DNA from: Candidatus Latescibacterota bacterium
Lineage (GTDB): Bacteria; Latescibacterota; UBA2968; GCA-2709665
Assembly: GCA_965203805.1 (NCBI GenBank)
Contig: OZ241917.1
Coordinates: 2,880,001-2,944,000, forward strand
Length of the DNA stretch: 64,000 nt
Direction: 5' to 3'
The notes under the pieces are model-generated. The model was not told the DNA's origin. It did no database searches and saw only the letters and a list, made by a program, of their open reading frames with translations. The translations under genes were made by a program, and so were the position numbers. Below are positions 47,816-57,750 of the stretch, one piece after another (position 1 is the first letter of the stretch; every line of letters starts with the position of its first letter).

Positions 47816-49096
47816 ATGGTGGCAGAGCGTGCCGCCGGGACGCCGATATGGTATACTCCTCGAATCTGCGGGGTCGATCCGACCGGTCGAACGATTTCGG
47901 TTAAAGCCGGGGAGACCATTGACCTTCGTCTCGAGGTAGAACCCTGTCAGTCGCTTCCGACCGGGCAGGACTGGCGGCGCCGTGCGGAGCCGATCCTGTC
48001 AGCCTCGACGACGAAACAGGACTGGTGCCGCGTGCTCCTCTACATGCCCTGCGTGCTGAGGGCGGACGGCATCTACAAGATGTGGTACGTAGGCAGTTCC
48101 GACCACGCGCGCAACCCTTCGTACATCCACCTCGGGTACGCCACGTCGACGGACGGGTTGCGATGGGAACCGCATCCGGATAATCCGATCGCCACCGACG
48201 ATGCGATTCCCTGGGGCTGGCGTTTCCAGGCGCCGTACGTGCTCTACGACCCCGAGGAGAAGATTTACAGGATGTGGTTTACCGCCGTCGATGAGGTCGA
48301 CGCGGAGGGACGCCCGTGGTTGAACCAGCGGGTGGGGTACGGCGAGAGTCCCGACGGGATTTCCTGGACGTTCCACCCTGAGCCCGTGCTGCGTACCGGG
48401 CGTCGTCCGTGTGTCCTGAAACTGAACGACGGCACGTACAGGATGTGGGTGAACGCGCCGTCCGAAACGGATCCTGATCTGCAGATGACCCTGAACGTCA
48501 TTTCCGCCCGTTCAGGGGACGGTCTGCACTGGGAACACGAAGGGGACGCGGTTCGGTACGGCGGGATCTATAGCTCCTGCGTGTATCCCTTCGTGATGCG
48601 CGACCGGGACGAACTGGCGATGTGGTTCGGCGGGCACCGGGCGGGCGGCGCTTTCGATATTTCATTCGGGCGCACCCGCGACGGCCGCACCTGGTATTAC
48701 CAGAACGACGTGCCGACGTTTCCGCCAAACCCGCGCAGGGAAGCGTTCGACGGCCGGTACACATCCACCCCGCACGTATTGAAACTGCCTGGCAGATACC
48801 TGATGTACTATTCCGCGCGGGACATGGACGACGGCTGGGTCGCGCCGGACGGCTCCCACCGGCGGGACGCCGACGGGGTGTACCGCCACATCGGCTGCGC
48901 CGAACTGCCTGTCGACGCAATGGAGGATCCGGGCCTCCGCTTTTCGTGGACGTCCGATGGCAAGGCAATACCCGGAAACCGCGGATCGCTGCGGTTCGAG
49001 GCGGACAGGGTGGGCAGGCATTCGATAACCTGCCGCGTGGAAAATGACAACGGATCAGCCGCGTACACCTGGGAGGTTGATGCAGGCAATGGATAG
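47816..49096 (+). CDS. Beta-propeller glycosidase-like protein flanked by Ig/PKD-like segments
   Basis: Paralog of 42831-43853 (DGRYTSTP, YLMYYSARD, GVYRHIG). Confidence 0.8.
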   Translation: MVAERAAGTPIWYTPRICGVDPTGRTISVKAGETIDLRLEVEPCQSLPTGQDWRRRAEPILSASTTKQDWCRVLLYMPCVLRADGIYKMWYVGSSDHARNPSYIHLGYATSTDGLRWEPHPDNPIATDDAIPWGWRFQAPYVLYDPEEKIYRMWFTAVDEVDAEGRPWLNQRVGYGESPDGISWTFHPEPVLRTGRRPCVLKLNDGTYRMWVNAPSETDPDLQMTLNVISARSGDGLHWEHEGDAVRYGGIYSSCVYPFVMRDRDELAMWFGGHRAGGAFDISFGRTRDGRTWYYQNDVPTFPPNPRREAFDGRYTSTPHVLKLPGRYLMYYSARDMDDGWVAPDGSHRRDADGVYRHIGCAELPVDAMEDPGLRFSWTSDGKAIPGNRGSLRFEADRVGRHSITCRVENDNGSAAYTWEVDAGNG

Positions 49097-49325
49097 ATCC
49101 GTGATCCTGGCCGCGGACCGCCGCGCGAGACGGACCGCGGAAACGTACCACCGGACGCGGGATCGGGACCACTTGAAGCGGCTGGTCCGGGAACGCGACG
49201 CCATTGTCGAGTACATCGCCGCGAATCCCGTGGACGGCGCCTATCACCTGGGCGGCATCGGAGGGAAGCGGGGGAATATCAACAACTTCCTGATGGGGCA
49301 CCTCTGGGGAATCGAAAAGATCTGA
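49089..49325 (+). CDS. Short hypothetical protein or gene remnant
   Basis: 78-aa ORF coupled to the upstream stop; overlaps the hicB 3' end. Confidence 0.35.
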   Translation: MDRSVILAADRRARRTAETYHRTRDRDHLKRLVRERDAIVEYIAANPVDGAYHLGGIGGKRGNINNFLMGHLWGIEKI

Positions 49326-49638
49326 GCAACCTTGCGCTCACCAACCGGTTCAGGCTCACGCCCTGCTCCGCCGCTTCGATGACCAGGGCGCGGTGCGATT
49401 CCGGCGGCAGACGAACCAGGAACTTTCCGCTATACGCGCGGTCCGCCAACGACGCCGGCGCCGGTTCGCCGGTGGCGCGCATGTCGGCCACGGATTCCCG
49501 GACGAGCCGCCGGATGCCGGACAATGCCTCGTCTGGTGACGGCGCGAGCCAGCTCAACGAAGGGAATTCCGCGCAGAGACCCACGTGTTCGTTGTCTTCC
49601 TGGGACCATGTGATCCGGTACGTGTAATGATCGTTCAT
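49279..49638 (-). CDS. hicB: HicB family antitoxin
   Basis: YTYRITWSQED..AEFPSLSW..YSGKFLVR..GVSLNRL. Confidence 0.9.
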   Translation of the reverse strand: MNDHYTYRITWSQEDNEHVGLCAEFPSLSWLAPSPDEALSGIRRLVRESVADMRATGEPAPASLADRAYSGKFLVRLPPESHRALVIEAAEQGVSLNRLVSARLLRSFRFPRGAPSGSC

Positions 49639-49883
49639 TTCATCTCCTTGAGTTTGTCGACTGCCCTGATGACCTGGCGGACCTGATACGGCTTCGCCAT
49701 GCCTTTGTCGTTTTGGATGTTAACTCGCGGGTCGCCCGGCCACGGCATCCGGTAGATCCGATGGCTTGTCCCTTTCTGGCGTGGTTCCCCGAAACAGGCG
49801 TGGCAGAGCCTTGCGAGATCCGCAAAACGGACCCCATTCGGATTGTTACGAAGCGCTTTGAGGATTTCCGTCGTGCTTACCAT
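49635..49883 (-). CDS. hicA: HicA family toxin
   Basis: NPNGVRFADL..FGEPRQ.GTSH..PW.GDPRVNIQ..AKPYQVRQV; ATGA overlap with hicB. Confidence 0.88.
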   Translation of the reverse strand: MVSTTEILKALRNNPNGVRFADLARLCHACFGEPRQKGTSHRIYRMPWPGDPRVNIQNDKGMAKPYQVRQVIRAVDKLKEMK

Positions 49884-50060
49884 GATGCATGATATCAATA
49901 ATGATACTAATTGTAAAGTGGAAATGTCTCGTGCCAGGAACGACGTGCGAGCCGGAACACACTCTCGATTTCTATACGGTGACACGCGCGACACGCTGAT
50001 CAGGCTTCGAGTCGACAATAGTCACCTTAGTGCCTATTCCTGAGCAAGAATGGTGCCTGC

Positions 50061-51872
50061 ATGGAACAACCCATCCTGATTCTGCACGCGGGAAGCGACC
50101 CGTCGGAAGACCTGTGCGCCGAGGTGCTCCGGTGCGAGGGCTTTCCCTGGCTGGAAGAGCGCCCCGCCTCCGGATTTGACGGTGTACCTCCCGGCGTCAG
50201 CCTGGTCGTGCTGGCTGGCACTGGCGTCGGCCGAACCATCGCGGAGCGCTTGGCAGGGGCTGTTTCCGCGGGTGTTTCGCTGGTCGCGCTCGCGCCCGAT
50301 CCGGCCGTCGCGGCAGCGTTCGGCGTGTCGGGCGCCGATGCTGTGACCGACGCCCACCTGTCCGTGACCGCACTGGACGGTTGGGAGCATGGCGACGTGC
50401 CGCTGCTGTGCCCCGACGACACCTCCCAACCCCTTCGCGGCGGCCGGGAAGTGGCGGCGCTACGGGCCGATGGCGGAGAGCGATACGGATCCGGAATCGT
50501 ATCCGTCCGCGTGGGAGATGGAAGGGCATGGATTTACGGCTACGACCTCTGCCGGACCGTGGCCACGCTGCGTCACGGCACGGGCGACGTGCGCGAGCGT
50601 CCGGCGAAGGACATGGGGCCGCTCACCGGGCCGCGGCACATCTACGGTTTCTTCGAGCTTTCCGATAAGCTGCCCCGGGACGTGCCGGTTTGCGACCTGC
50701 ATCAGGATATTCTGAGGACGCTCGTTCTGTCCTCCCTCTCCGATAGCTGTCTTCCCCGGCTCTGGCACTTTCCCGATGCCGCCCCCGCGCTCTGGTTCGT
50801 GAAGGGCGATGGCTGCGGCGAGGTCGGCGCCGACATGGTGGTCCGGGTCGTCGAGGAATACGACGCCTATCTCACGTTCAACAGACCCCCCGTGAGCCGT
50901 TTCCGCGGTGACCTGATGAGGGATTGGCACGAGCGGGGGCACGGCATCACCATCGAAGCCAACCTGGACGACGTCACGCGGCCCGTGGTCGACGTCTCGG
51001 GAAAGAAGGTCCGGCGATCACGCACCGCACAGGACCTGAACGAAAACGCGCTGCCCGATATCCGCGCCAACCTGGAGGCGCACCGCGACAGCTTCTTCCG
51101 CGACATCGGTCTGGAAATGGACACGATCTGCATCCACGGCTGCCAATGGTCGGGGCAGCCGATGGCGGAGATGGTGGTCGACCTCGGCTGGTACACGCCC
51201 ACCCACTTCATCTCGCACGATCCGCGCATGCGCCACGATGAACGCTACGGGCCGTACATGATTTCGACCGCCCTGCCCCTCCGATACTTCCAGCATGGTG
51301 TGGGGGTCCTGGACCTGTGGCACATGCCGGCGCAGTGGGACGAGAGCCAGACGCTGGGGGAACGGGACTCCGCGGACCCGAAATCGACGGGCAGGGTGGG
51401 CCTGTCGGCGGAGGCATACGGCGAGGAACTCACCCGGTTCGCCGAAGACGCGGCGCGGCGCTGGCACGGCTGCCAGATCGCGAACTTTCACCCCAGCTAC
51501 GTCGCGATGTCCCAGGACGATCCCAGGGCCTCCCGGCGTGCGCTGGAGATGGGTCTGGACGGCGCCCGGGCGGCGGGATGCCGGTTCGAGAACCAGGAGC
51601 GGTGGTCGCGGTTCTCCCGGGCCCGGGCGGACGTGCGGCTCGCGGAGCGGCGGGAGGAGGGCGAAGCCGTCTTTCTGACGCTGGTCTCCCCCGGAGACCT
51701 GCATGGACTCACCCTGCTGCTGCCCGATCGTGTGACCGGGGTCCGCGTTGCCGAAACGGGGAACGCCCTGGACGTCCGTGGGGTTGTGCTGGAGGGACGG
51801 CGCCAGCGGGCGGCGTCCATGGATCTGTTCGCTGAAACGCCCCTTACCCTTCGAATGGACACCGCGACCTGA
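50061..51872 (+). CDS. Hypothetical protein with deacetylase-like central domain
   Basis: 603-aa ORF; PRLWHFP..KGD, RGH.I, ANFHP. Confidence 0.65.
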   Translation: MEQPILILHAGSDPSEDLCAEVLRCEGFPWLEERPASGFDGVPPGVSLVVLAGTGVGRTIAERLAGAVSAGVSLVALAPDPAVAAAFGVSGADAVTDAHLSVTALDGWEHGDVPLLCPDDTSQPLRGGREVAALRADGGERYGSGIVSVRVGDGRAWIYGYDLCRTVATLRHGTGDVRERPAKDMGPLTGPRHIYGFFELSDKLPRDVPVCDLHQDILRTLVLSSLSDSCLPRLWHFPDAAPALWFVKGDGCGEVGADMVVRVVEEYDAYLTFNRPPVSRFRGDLMRDWHERGHGITIEANLDDVTRPVVDVSGKKVRRSRTAQDLNENALPDIRANLEAHRDSFFRDIGLEMDTICIHGCQWSGQPMAEMVVDLGWYTPTHFISHDPRMRHDERYGPYMISTALPLRYFQHGVGVLDLWHMPAQWDESQTLGERDSADPKSTGRVGLSAEAYGEELTRFAEDAARRWHGCQIANFHPSYVAMSQDDPRASRRALEMGLDGARAAGCRFENQERWSRFSRARADVRLAERREEGEAVFLTLVSPGDLHGLTLLLPDRVTGVRVAETGNALDVRGVVLEGRRQRAASMDLFAETPLTLRMDTAT

Positions 51873-51907
51873 TGTGGCGTTCTCGACCCGGTATGCGGAG
51901 AATACCG

Positions 51908-53923
51908 ATGAAACGGACGATACGACGTACGGCGCTTCTGAATATTCAGAGAGTGAGCTATTCCCGCGACCACGTGGCGCGCGTCAGGAACGAGGGATTC
52001 ACGCATATCGGCGTCTCCCTGAAAACGGGGGAACGGAAATTCACGGGCCAGGGATTCGACTCGGAACAGGTGTGTCAATTTGGCGCGTGGGCCGATGAAT
52101 TCGGCCTGGGGATGACCGTTTTCACCGGTTACATGAAGTACAGGGAGACCTTTCTGCGGGACCATCCGGAGCGGGCCATGGTATGCGTCGGCGGTTCGGG
52201 TACCGCGATGGACAGCGATAACCTGGTACGCACCAAATGGTTGTGCCCGTTCCAGCCGGAGAACAAGGCGGAATACCTCGATCTCCTGAGGAAAGTGATC
52301 GGGTTGCCAGCGCTCCGGGAAATCCATCTGAACGACGAAGCCGCGATCGGGTTCGCAAACGGCGACGTCGGCTGCTATTGCGACCACTGCGTAGCCGAAT
52401 ACGAAAAGGAATACGGAACACCGCCGCCCGCCGACTTCGATTGGGAGTCCGAGGCGTGGTGGGCCTGGGTGCAGCGCCGGATGGCGCGTTGGACCGGGGT
52501 ACATGCCTGGTTCCGCGAACAAATCAGGAAAGAGCGCCCTGATGTTATGGTCGGCATTCAGTATTCGCCGGTGGTCGTGTCCTTTGACGACAATACCTGG
52601 CGGGCGGGGATCGACCTCTCGCAGGACGCGCTGGCCCAGGACGTGCTCTGTACCGACCCCTACCACTACAACCATACCTCGCACTTCACCTACCGGCCCG
52701 CGCGCCGGATCCTGACGGAAGCGACCCGGACGCTCGCCGGCGCCACGGTGAGGCGTTCGCTGAACATCTATCCGCAGGCGTTCAGACCGCCCATGGGCGG
52801 GCCGGAACTGACCCGCCGCGACGGTTTCATGGCCGGCGCGGTTCCCTACGCGCTCGGCGCGGACAACATTACGCCGTATTCCAATGACCTGGCCCGCATC
52901 ATCCCCGGCTTTCTGGACGGATTTCACGAAGCCGGGAAGCTCGTCCCCTATTTCGAGAAGACAAGACCCTATGCGTACGCCACCGTTGTCAACCCCACAC
53001 AGACGGAAATCTACGGGAATCCGGAAACCGGCTGGGGTCGGAAGGCGCTGGCGGTCTGGCCCGACGTCATGAACCACGTGGGACTGCCGTGGCGGTGGCA
53101 CTTCGACGGTCGTCTCGCCGACGCGGGGAACTTACTGGAAGGCCCGGCGATTCTGCCGGATACCCACTGCCTGACCGGCGAACAGAGGGCCGTACTGCAG
53201 GCGCATGCCGCATCGGGCAACGGTCTGCTCCGGGTGGGAAGGACCCCGAACCGGGACTGGCCGGGAAACGGGCCCTGTCCCCCGCCGGAGGGGAAAACCC
53301 TGGACAGCGCGGAAATGCAGCCTGTAAGACGCAACCACCCTTTCCTGGAGGGTATTTCGCATCCCGTCATGCTGCAGTCCGCATTTTCGGAGCCGGGCAT
53401 TGAGGGGGAGACGGTGGGCGAGGTCGATGGGCGGCCGGCGCTGGTCGTGAACGAGGAAAACGGCGCACGACAGGTCTGGCTGGCGGGGGTCCCGGAGTTC
53501 AGCTACCTGACGCCGGGAGACCACGCCGGCGTCCGGACGCCCACGGACGGCATTCCGCTGTTGCGGAATATCCTGAAATGGCTGGCGCAGGACGAGCCGG
53601 TTGCCCGCCTGTGGCCCTATCCGCCGGACAATGCCTACCGGGAGCTTCGGCCTTGGGACCGCCGCGACGTGCCCACGATGGAGTTGTTTCCGATGATCGG
53701 CGACGGCTGCCTGGTTTGTCTCATCTTCAACTACGTGGGCCTGGCCTACCGGACGAATCTCGTGATGCGCGCGCCGGAAGGAGCTGAAGTCGTGTCACTT
53801 GTCGACATCTACAGCAGGGACGACAGGCTACCCGCGTCGGAGGTTCGCGGCAGCGAAGTCATCCTGCCTGTCAGCATGTCGAATGACACCGATTTCCTGG
53901 CCGTCGAATTGACGTGGCGTTAG
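51908..53923 (+). CDS. GH42-like protein, paralog 2
   Basis: Same MKRTIRRTA start, HLNDE, CYCDHC, LRPWDRRDVPTME as 28612-30627. Confidence 0.65.
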   Translation: MKRTIRRTALLNIQRVSYSRDHVARVRNEGFTHIGVSLKTGERKFTGQGFDSEQVCQFGAWADEFGLGMTVFTGYMKYRETFLRDHPERAMVCVGGSGTAMDSDNLVRTKWLCPFQPENKAEYLDLLRKVIGLPALREIHLNDEAAIGFANGDVGCYCDHCVAEYEKEYGTPPPADFDWESEAWWAWVQRRMARWTGVHAWFREQIRKERPDVMVGIQYSPVVVSFDDNTWRAGIDLSQDALAQDVLCTDPYHYNHTSHFTYRPARRILTEATRTLAGATVRRSLNIYPQAFRPPMGGPELTRRDGFMAGAVPYALGADNITPYSNDLARIIPGFLDGFHEAGKLVPYFEKTRPYAYATVVNPTQTEIYGNPETGWGRKALAVWPDVMNHVGLPWRWHFDGRLADAGNLLEGPAILPDTHCLTGEQRAVLQAHAASGNGLLRVGRTPNRDWPGNGPCPPPEGKTLDSAEMQPVRRNHPFLEGISHPVMLQSAFSEPGIEGETVGEVDGRPALVVNEENGARQVWLAGVPEFSYLTPGDHAGVRTPTDGIPLLRNILKWLAQDEPVARLWPYPPDNAYRELRPWDRRDVPTMELFPMIGDGCLVCLIFNYVGLAYRTNLVMRAPEGAEVVSLVDIYSRDDRLPASEVRGSEVILPVSMSNDTDFLAVELTWR

Positions 53924-54017
53924 CGTCCTGTCCCGAATCGGGCGCGGGCTTCCCGTTAATTGGGTTTTATCCTGTCCATCCATGCAGGTTCTGTTTTCTT
54001 ACCAGGGACCCGGGTTC

Positions 54018-55187
54018 ATGATCGAGGTCGTAGACGGCGGTATCCTTTCATGGCGGCGCGAACCGGGGGCGTACATGCCCACTATCACGCCGCTCTCGGA
54101 CGGCAGCATGATCGCCTGCCAGCACGTGGGCGCCGAACTGGGATCAGCGGACAACCACATCGAGGTCCTCCGCTCGACCGACGGCGGTGCGAACTGGGTA
54201 AACGAGGGCAGCATCCACGACGGAAGGCCGCCGGAAGACGGCTGGAGCTACAGGGCGCCCCATATCAGCGAAGTCCCCGGCAACCGGCTGGTGATGACCG
54301 CGACCCGTTTCGAAATGCGGTCCGACAAGCTTTTCGATCCGAACTCGGAGGTGCTGCAGCGCCCGGAAATGCTGCTGTTCCGGTCTGACGACGCCGGACG
54401 GACCTGGTCGGCGCCGGAGGTGGTTCCGGTGGACCTGCCTCCCGAAAAGTACACCTGTAACGGCGCCGGGGTGCTGCTCCAGCTCGCCCCGGACCGGTGG
54501 ATGTACCCGCTGGAAACGTGGAAGCCGGAAGGCTGCGAAGGGCCGCCCGATCAGAAGGCGGCGGTCGTCTTTTCTGCCGACATGGGCCGCACATGGGGTG
54601 AGTTTACCGTGGTGGCCGACGATCCTTTGGGGGCTATTCTCTGGTGGGACCAGATGAACGCGGTACTGCCGGACGGCAGAATATACACAATGCTCTGGAC
54701 CCACCGATACGGTACATCCGAAGACCTGCCTAACCACTGGACCGTATCCGAAGACGGCGGGCGCACGTGGTCGGCGCCGCGGCCCACGAACCTGCTCGGG
54801 CAGGTCTGCTCCCCCATCGCGCTGGCCGACGGGCGCGTGGCGGCCATTTACAACTTCCGGCACGATCCGCAGGGCATCCGCGTGGCGCTCAGCGAGGATC
54901 TGGAGACATTCGACGTGCAAGGCCAGGCCGTGGTGTTCGACGCGGGGGCCGAGGCGACCCTGGGAGAGCCGGAGACGGACAATTTCCTGGCCGAACATAT
55001 GCAGATCGCGTTCGGCAAGCCGGGCGGGCTCCGCCTCGCCGGCGGCGATCTGATGACGTATTTCTGGTGTACGGTCGGTGGCGTCACCCACACGCGCTGG
55101 GCACGGATCAGGGTCGATCAGGGGGATGTGCGCCAGCCACGACCGGTTTTGGGAGAATGGAAATATGAGTCGCCTCGATCAGGCTGA
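54018..55187 (+). CDS. Sialidase/BNR (Asp-box) repeat protein
   Basis: STDGGANW, SDDAGRTW, SADMGRTW, SEDGGRTW. Confidence 0.85.
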   Translation: MIEVVDGGILSWRREPGAYMPTITPLSDGSMIACQHVGAELGSADNHIEVLRSTDGGANWVNEGSIHDGRPPEDGWSYRAPHISEVPGNRLVMTATRFEMRSDKLFDPNSEVLQRPEMLLFRSDDAGRTWSAPEVVPVDLPPEKYTCNGAGVLLQLAPDRWMYPLETWKPEGCEGPPDQKAAVVFSADMGRTWGEFTVVADDPLGAILWWDQMNAVLPDGRIYTMLWTHRYGTSEDLPNHWTVSEDGGRTWSAPRPTNLLGQVCSPIALADGRVAAIYNFRHDPQGIRVALSEDLETFDVQGQAVVFDAGAEATLGEPETDNFLAEHMQIAFGKPGGLRLAGGDLMTYFWCTVGGVTHTRWARIRVDQGDVRQPRPVLGEWKYESPRSG

Positions 55188-56244
55188 AACGCGTGTGGCC
55201 GCGGATGTGCTGGAAACATTCGTGCGCGACCTGTTTCTGGCTGCCGGTGTGCCCTGCGCGGATGCCCAGACGATCGCCGGCGCGATTATCAGCCAGGAAA
55301 TCCGCGGCAATACGACGCACGGGCTTCGGCTCACCCATTTCAATCTGCGAGGGCTGGCTGACGGGACGATTCGGGCGAATCCCGATCAGCCCGTCCTGAG
55401 CGATCGTGGGATGACCGCGGTCATCGAAGGCGACCACGGCGTGGGTATCGTCGGCTGCATTAAGGGGATGCGACTGGCGATCGACAAAGCACGGGAAGGC
55501 GGCATCGGCATCGCCCTGATCGTTCGCAACAACCACTTTCTCGCCGCCGTGCCGTATTGCCTCGAAGCGGCCAACGCCGGCATGATCGGCATCGCGTTCT
55601 CGAACACCAAGGGATCCATGGGATATCCCGGCGCCCGCGGCTCTGTCATCGGCAACACGCCGATGGGGTTCGGCATACCGACCGCGGGCGGCTTTCCGAT
55701 CCTGTTCGACGCGTGCATGACCGCTTCCGGGGGCAGGATGAGGCAATGGATCCGGGAAGGCAGACGGATTCCGCCGGATATTCAGGGCTTCGACAGGGAC
55801 GGCAGGCCAACCGACGATCCGCAGGCCGTCATCGGCGGCGGCACGACGCTGCCCATCGGCGTCCACAAAGGCGCGGGGCTGGCCATTCTGGTGGAGGCGC
55901 TGACGGGCGTGCTGGGCGGCGCGGCTTTCCTGAGCGATATCACCCCCCGGGACCAGGCGGACAGAACGGACAAGACCCACGCGGTCAGCCATTGCTGCAT
56001 CGCCATCGACGTTGAGGCGTTCATGCCCGTGGCGGAATTCGAAGCCCGGATGGCGGACTTCATCGCCGACCTGAAGGGCAGTCCCCCGGACGACGCGTCA
56101 GATGAGATCCGGCTGCCCGGCGAGAGGATGGAGCGGACCCGGCGTGAATGCGAAATTCACGGCATCCCGCTGGAACCGGACGTGCGAGAGGAATTGGAGA
56201 TATGGGCCGATCGGTTGGGTGTACCTTTTCCCGACACCGTTTAG
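55165..56244 (+). CDS. Ldh_2 (malate/L-lactate/sulfolactate-type) oxidoreductase
   Basis: RG.TTHG, RNNHF, GNTP, HKG.GL, IRLPGE. Confidence 0.9.
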   Translation: MSRLDQAETRVAADVLETFVRDLFLAAGVPCADAQTIAGAIISQEIRGNTTHGLRLTHFNLRGLADGTIRANPDQPVLSDRGMTAVIEGDHGVGIVGCIKGMRLAIDKAREGGIGIALIVRNNHFLAAVPYCLEAANAGMIGIAFSNTKGSMGYPGARGSVIGNTPMGFGIPTAGGFPILFDACMTASGGRMRQWIREGRRIPPDIQGFDRDGRPTDDPQAVIGGGTTLPIGVHKGAGLAILVEALTGVLGGAAFLSDITPRDQADRTDKTHAVSHCCIAIDVEAFMPVAEFEARMADFIADLKGSPPDDASDEIRLPGERMERTRRECEIHGIPLEPDVREELEIWADRLGVPFPDTV

Positions 56245-56271
56245 CCTCCCGCCCGATCGATACGAGGGAAA

Positions 56272-56769
56272 ATGGACGACAGACACCGGATTCGCGCCGC
56301 GACTGAAGACGACCTGGACCGGATCGGAGACATCATCCGCCAGGCGTGGGAGCCGATCTTCGGGCTGCACGAAAAGAACTGGGGCGAGGAACTGTTCGGC
56401 GTCCTCTATGCGAACTGGCCGGAGAACATCAAGGCCAGCGTGGGACGCCATCTTGCGGAACACCCGGACTGGGCTTTCGTCGTGGAGGCGCGCGACAGCG
56501 GCGAGGTGGTGGCGTTCATCACCTATCTGCTGGAACCGAAGAAAGCGATCGGAATCGTCGGTCTGAACGCCGTGGCGGCCGGGTTGCAGGGGCAGGGAAT
56601 CGGGACAAAGATGTACAACTTCGTCATGGACCGGTTCCGGGAAGCCGGGCTGAAATACGCGCAGGTACGCACCGGGCTGAACGACGCGCAGACCGGCGCT
56701 CGCAGGGCCTACGAGAAAGCCGGGTTCAACATCGAACGCAAAGAGGTCACATATTACGCGCATTTGTAA
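56272..56769 (+). CDS. GNAT acetyltransferase
   Basis: IRAATEDD, QGQGIG, ARRAYEKAGF. Confidence 0.9.
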   Translation: MDDRHRIRAATEDDLDRIGDIIRQAWEPIFGLHEKNWGEELFGVLYANWPENIKASVGRHLAEHPDWAFVVEARDSGEVVAFITYLLEPKKAIGIVGLNAVAAGLQGQGIGTKMYNFVMDRFREAGLKYAQVRTGLNDAQTGARRAYEKAGFNIERKEVTYYAHL

Positions 56770-56915
56770 CTCGAAGCAAGCGTCCCTCTTTTGGGAACCT
56801 CAATGATCTGGAGTGGACGAGCCACCTCTTTCCATCTAACGGATAGCGGGAACAAACGCATATGGGTATATTGTAGACGTTCTTGGGTTGATCGTAGCTT
56901 ACAATAGGATAAGAC

Positions 56916-57221
56916 ATGTCTCGGCTCAGGATTCACTTGCCTCAGGCCCGGATTAAGGATTTCTGTGGTCGCTGGAATATCAGCGAATTGGCTGCATTTG
57001 GTTCTGTGCTTCGTGAGGACTTTGGACACGACAGCGATGTCGACCTGTTGGTTACATTCACCCCGGGCGCACAACACAGCTTGTGGGACCTGGTACAAAT
57101 GCAGGAGGAATTAACGGAAATCCTCGGACGGGCTGTTGACCTCGTAGAAGAACAGGGGCTTCGAAATCCTTTCCGCAGGTATGGTATTCTGAGCACCAAA
57201 GAGGTGATCTATGCAGCCTGA
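56916..57221 (+). CDS. Minimal nucleotidyltransferase (MNT) antitoxin
   Basis: FGSVLREDF..DSDVDLLV, GRAVDLV. Confidence 0.9.
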   Translation: MSRLRIHLPQARIKDFCGRWNISELAAFGSVLREDFGHDSDVDLLVTFTPGAQHSLWDLVQMQEELTEILGRAVDLVEEQGLRNPFRRYGILSTKEVIYAA

Positions 57222-57369
57222 AAGCCGGGATTCTGCTTATCTGTGGGATATGTTGGAAGCAGCCCGTTCTGCCAGGACTCCTAATGGAAAAGGGGCAATC
57301 CTTGTGATCGCCCCTTCGATTTATTTGGACTGGTCGACTTTCTATCTGCCAATAGTTCGGCGCAGTTGA
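57211..57369 (+). pseudogene. Truncated HEPN (DUF86) toxin
   Basis: MQPESRDSAYLWDMLEAAR then unrelated sequence; no RxxxxH motif. Confidence 0.7.
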
Positions 57370-57376
57370 AGTGCCG

Positions 57377-57643
57377 TCAGTCCTCCATAAGTCTGAGATC
57401 TCTGAGTAGCTCCCGGGAGTTACGGAATCGCTTGCCCTTTCCCGCTTCCAGTTCACCCATGGCTTCGACGGTGGCGGCATTCGGGACCTTCACAGTGAAC
57501 GGGAGGCGCTTTTCTTCCGCTATCTGCAGCAACAGCAAGCGGATCGCATCGGAGACCGAGAGGCCCATGGCTTCGAGCGCCTCGGTGGCGCGGGCTTTGA
57601 CATCGCTGTCGATACGGGCCCGTACAACAGCATCGTTGCTCAT
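57377..57643 (-). CDS. RelB/DinJ family antitoxin
   Basis: VVRARID..K..A..LEAMGLSVSDAIRLLL..EKRLPF..PNAAT. Confidence 0.9.
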   Translation of the reverse strand: MSNDAVVRARIDSDVKARATEALEAMGLSVSDAIRLLLLQIAEEKRLPFTVKVPNAATVEAMGELEAGKGKRFRNSRELLRDLRLMED

Positions 57644-57658
57644 TGGCACATCCTCCAT

Positions 57659-57698
57659 TTTGTAGCTACATTGTAACTACACCCACAGTTCATGTCAA
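57659..57698 (-). promoter_or_regulatory. Promoter and autoregulatory operator of the RelB/DinJ gene
   Basis: TTGACA-17bp-TACAAT on the minus strand, overlapped by tandem palindromes TGTAGCTACA and TGTAACTACA. Confidence 0.8.
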
Positions 57699-57750
57699 GG
57701 ATGTATCCTGTTGATGTAGTCTCGTAGCGATTGCAAATACGGTGTCGAAG

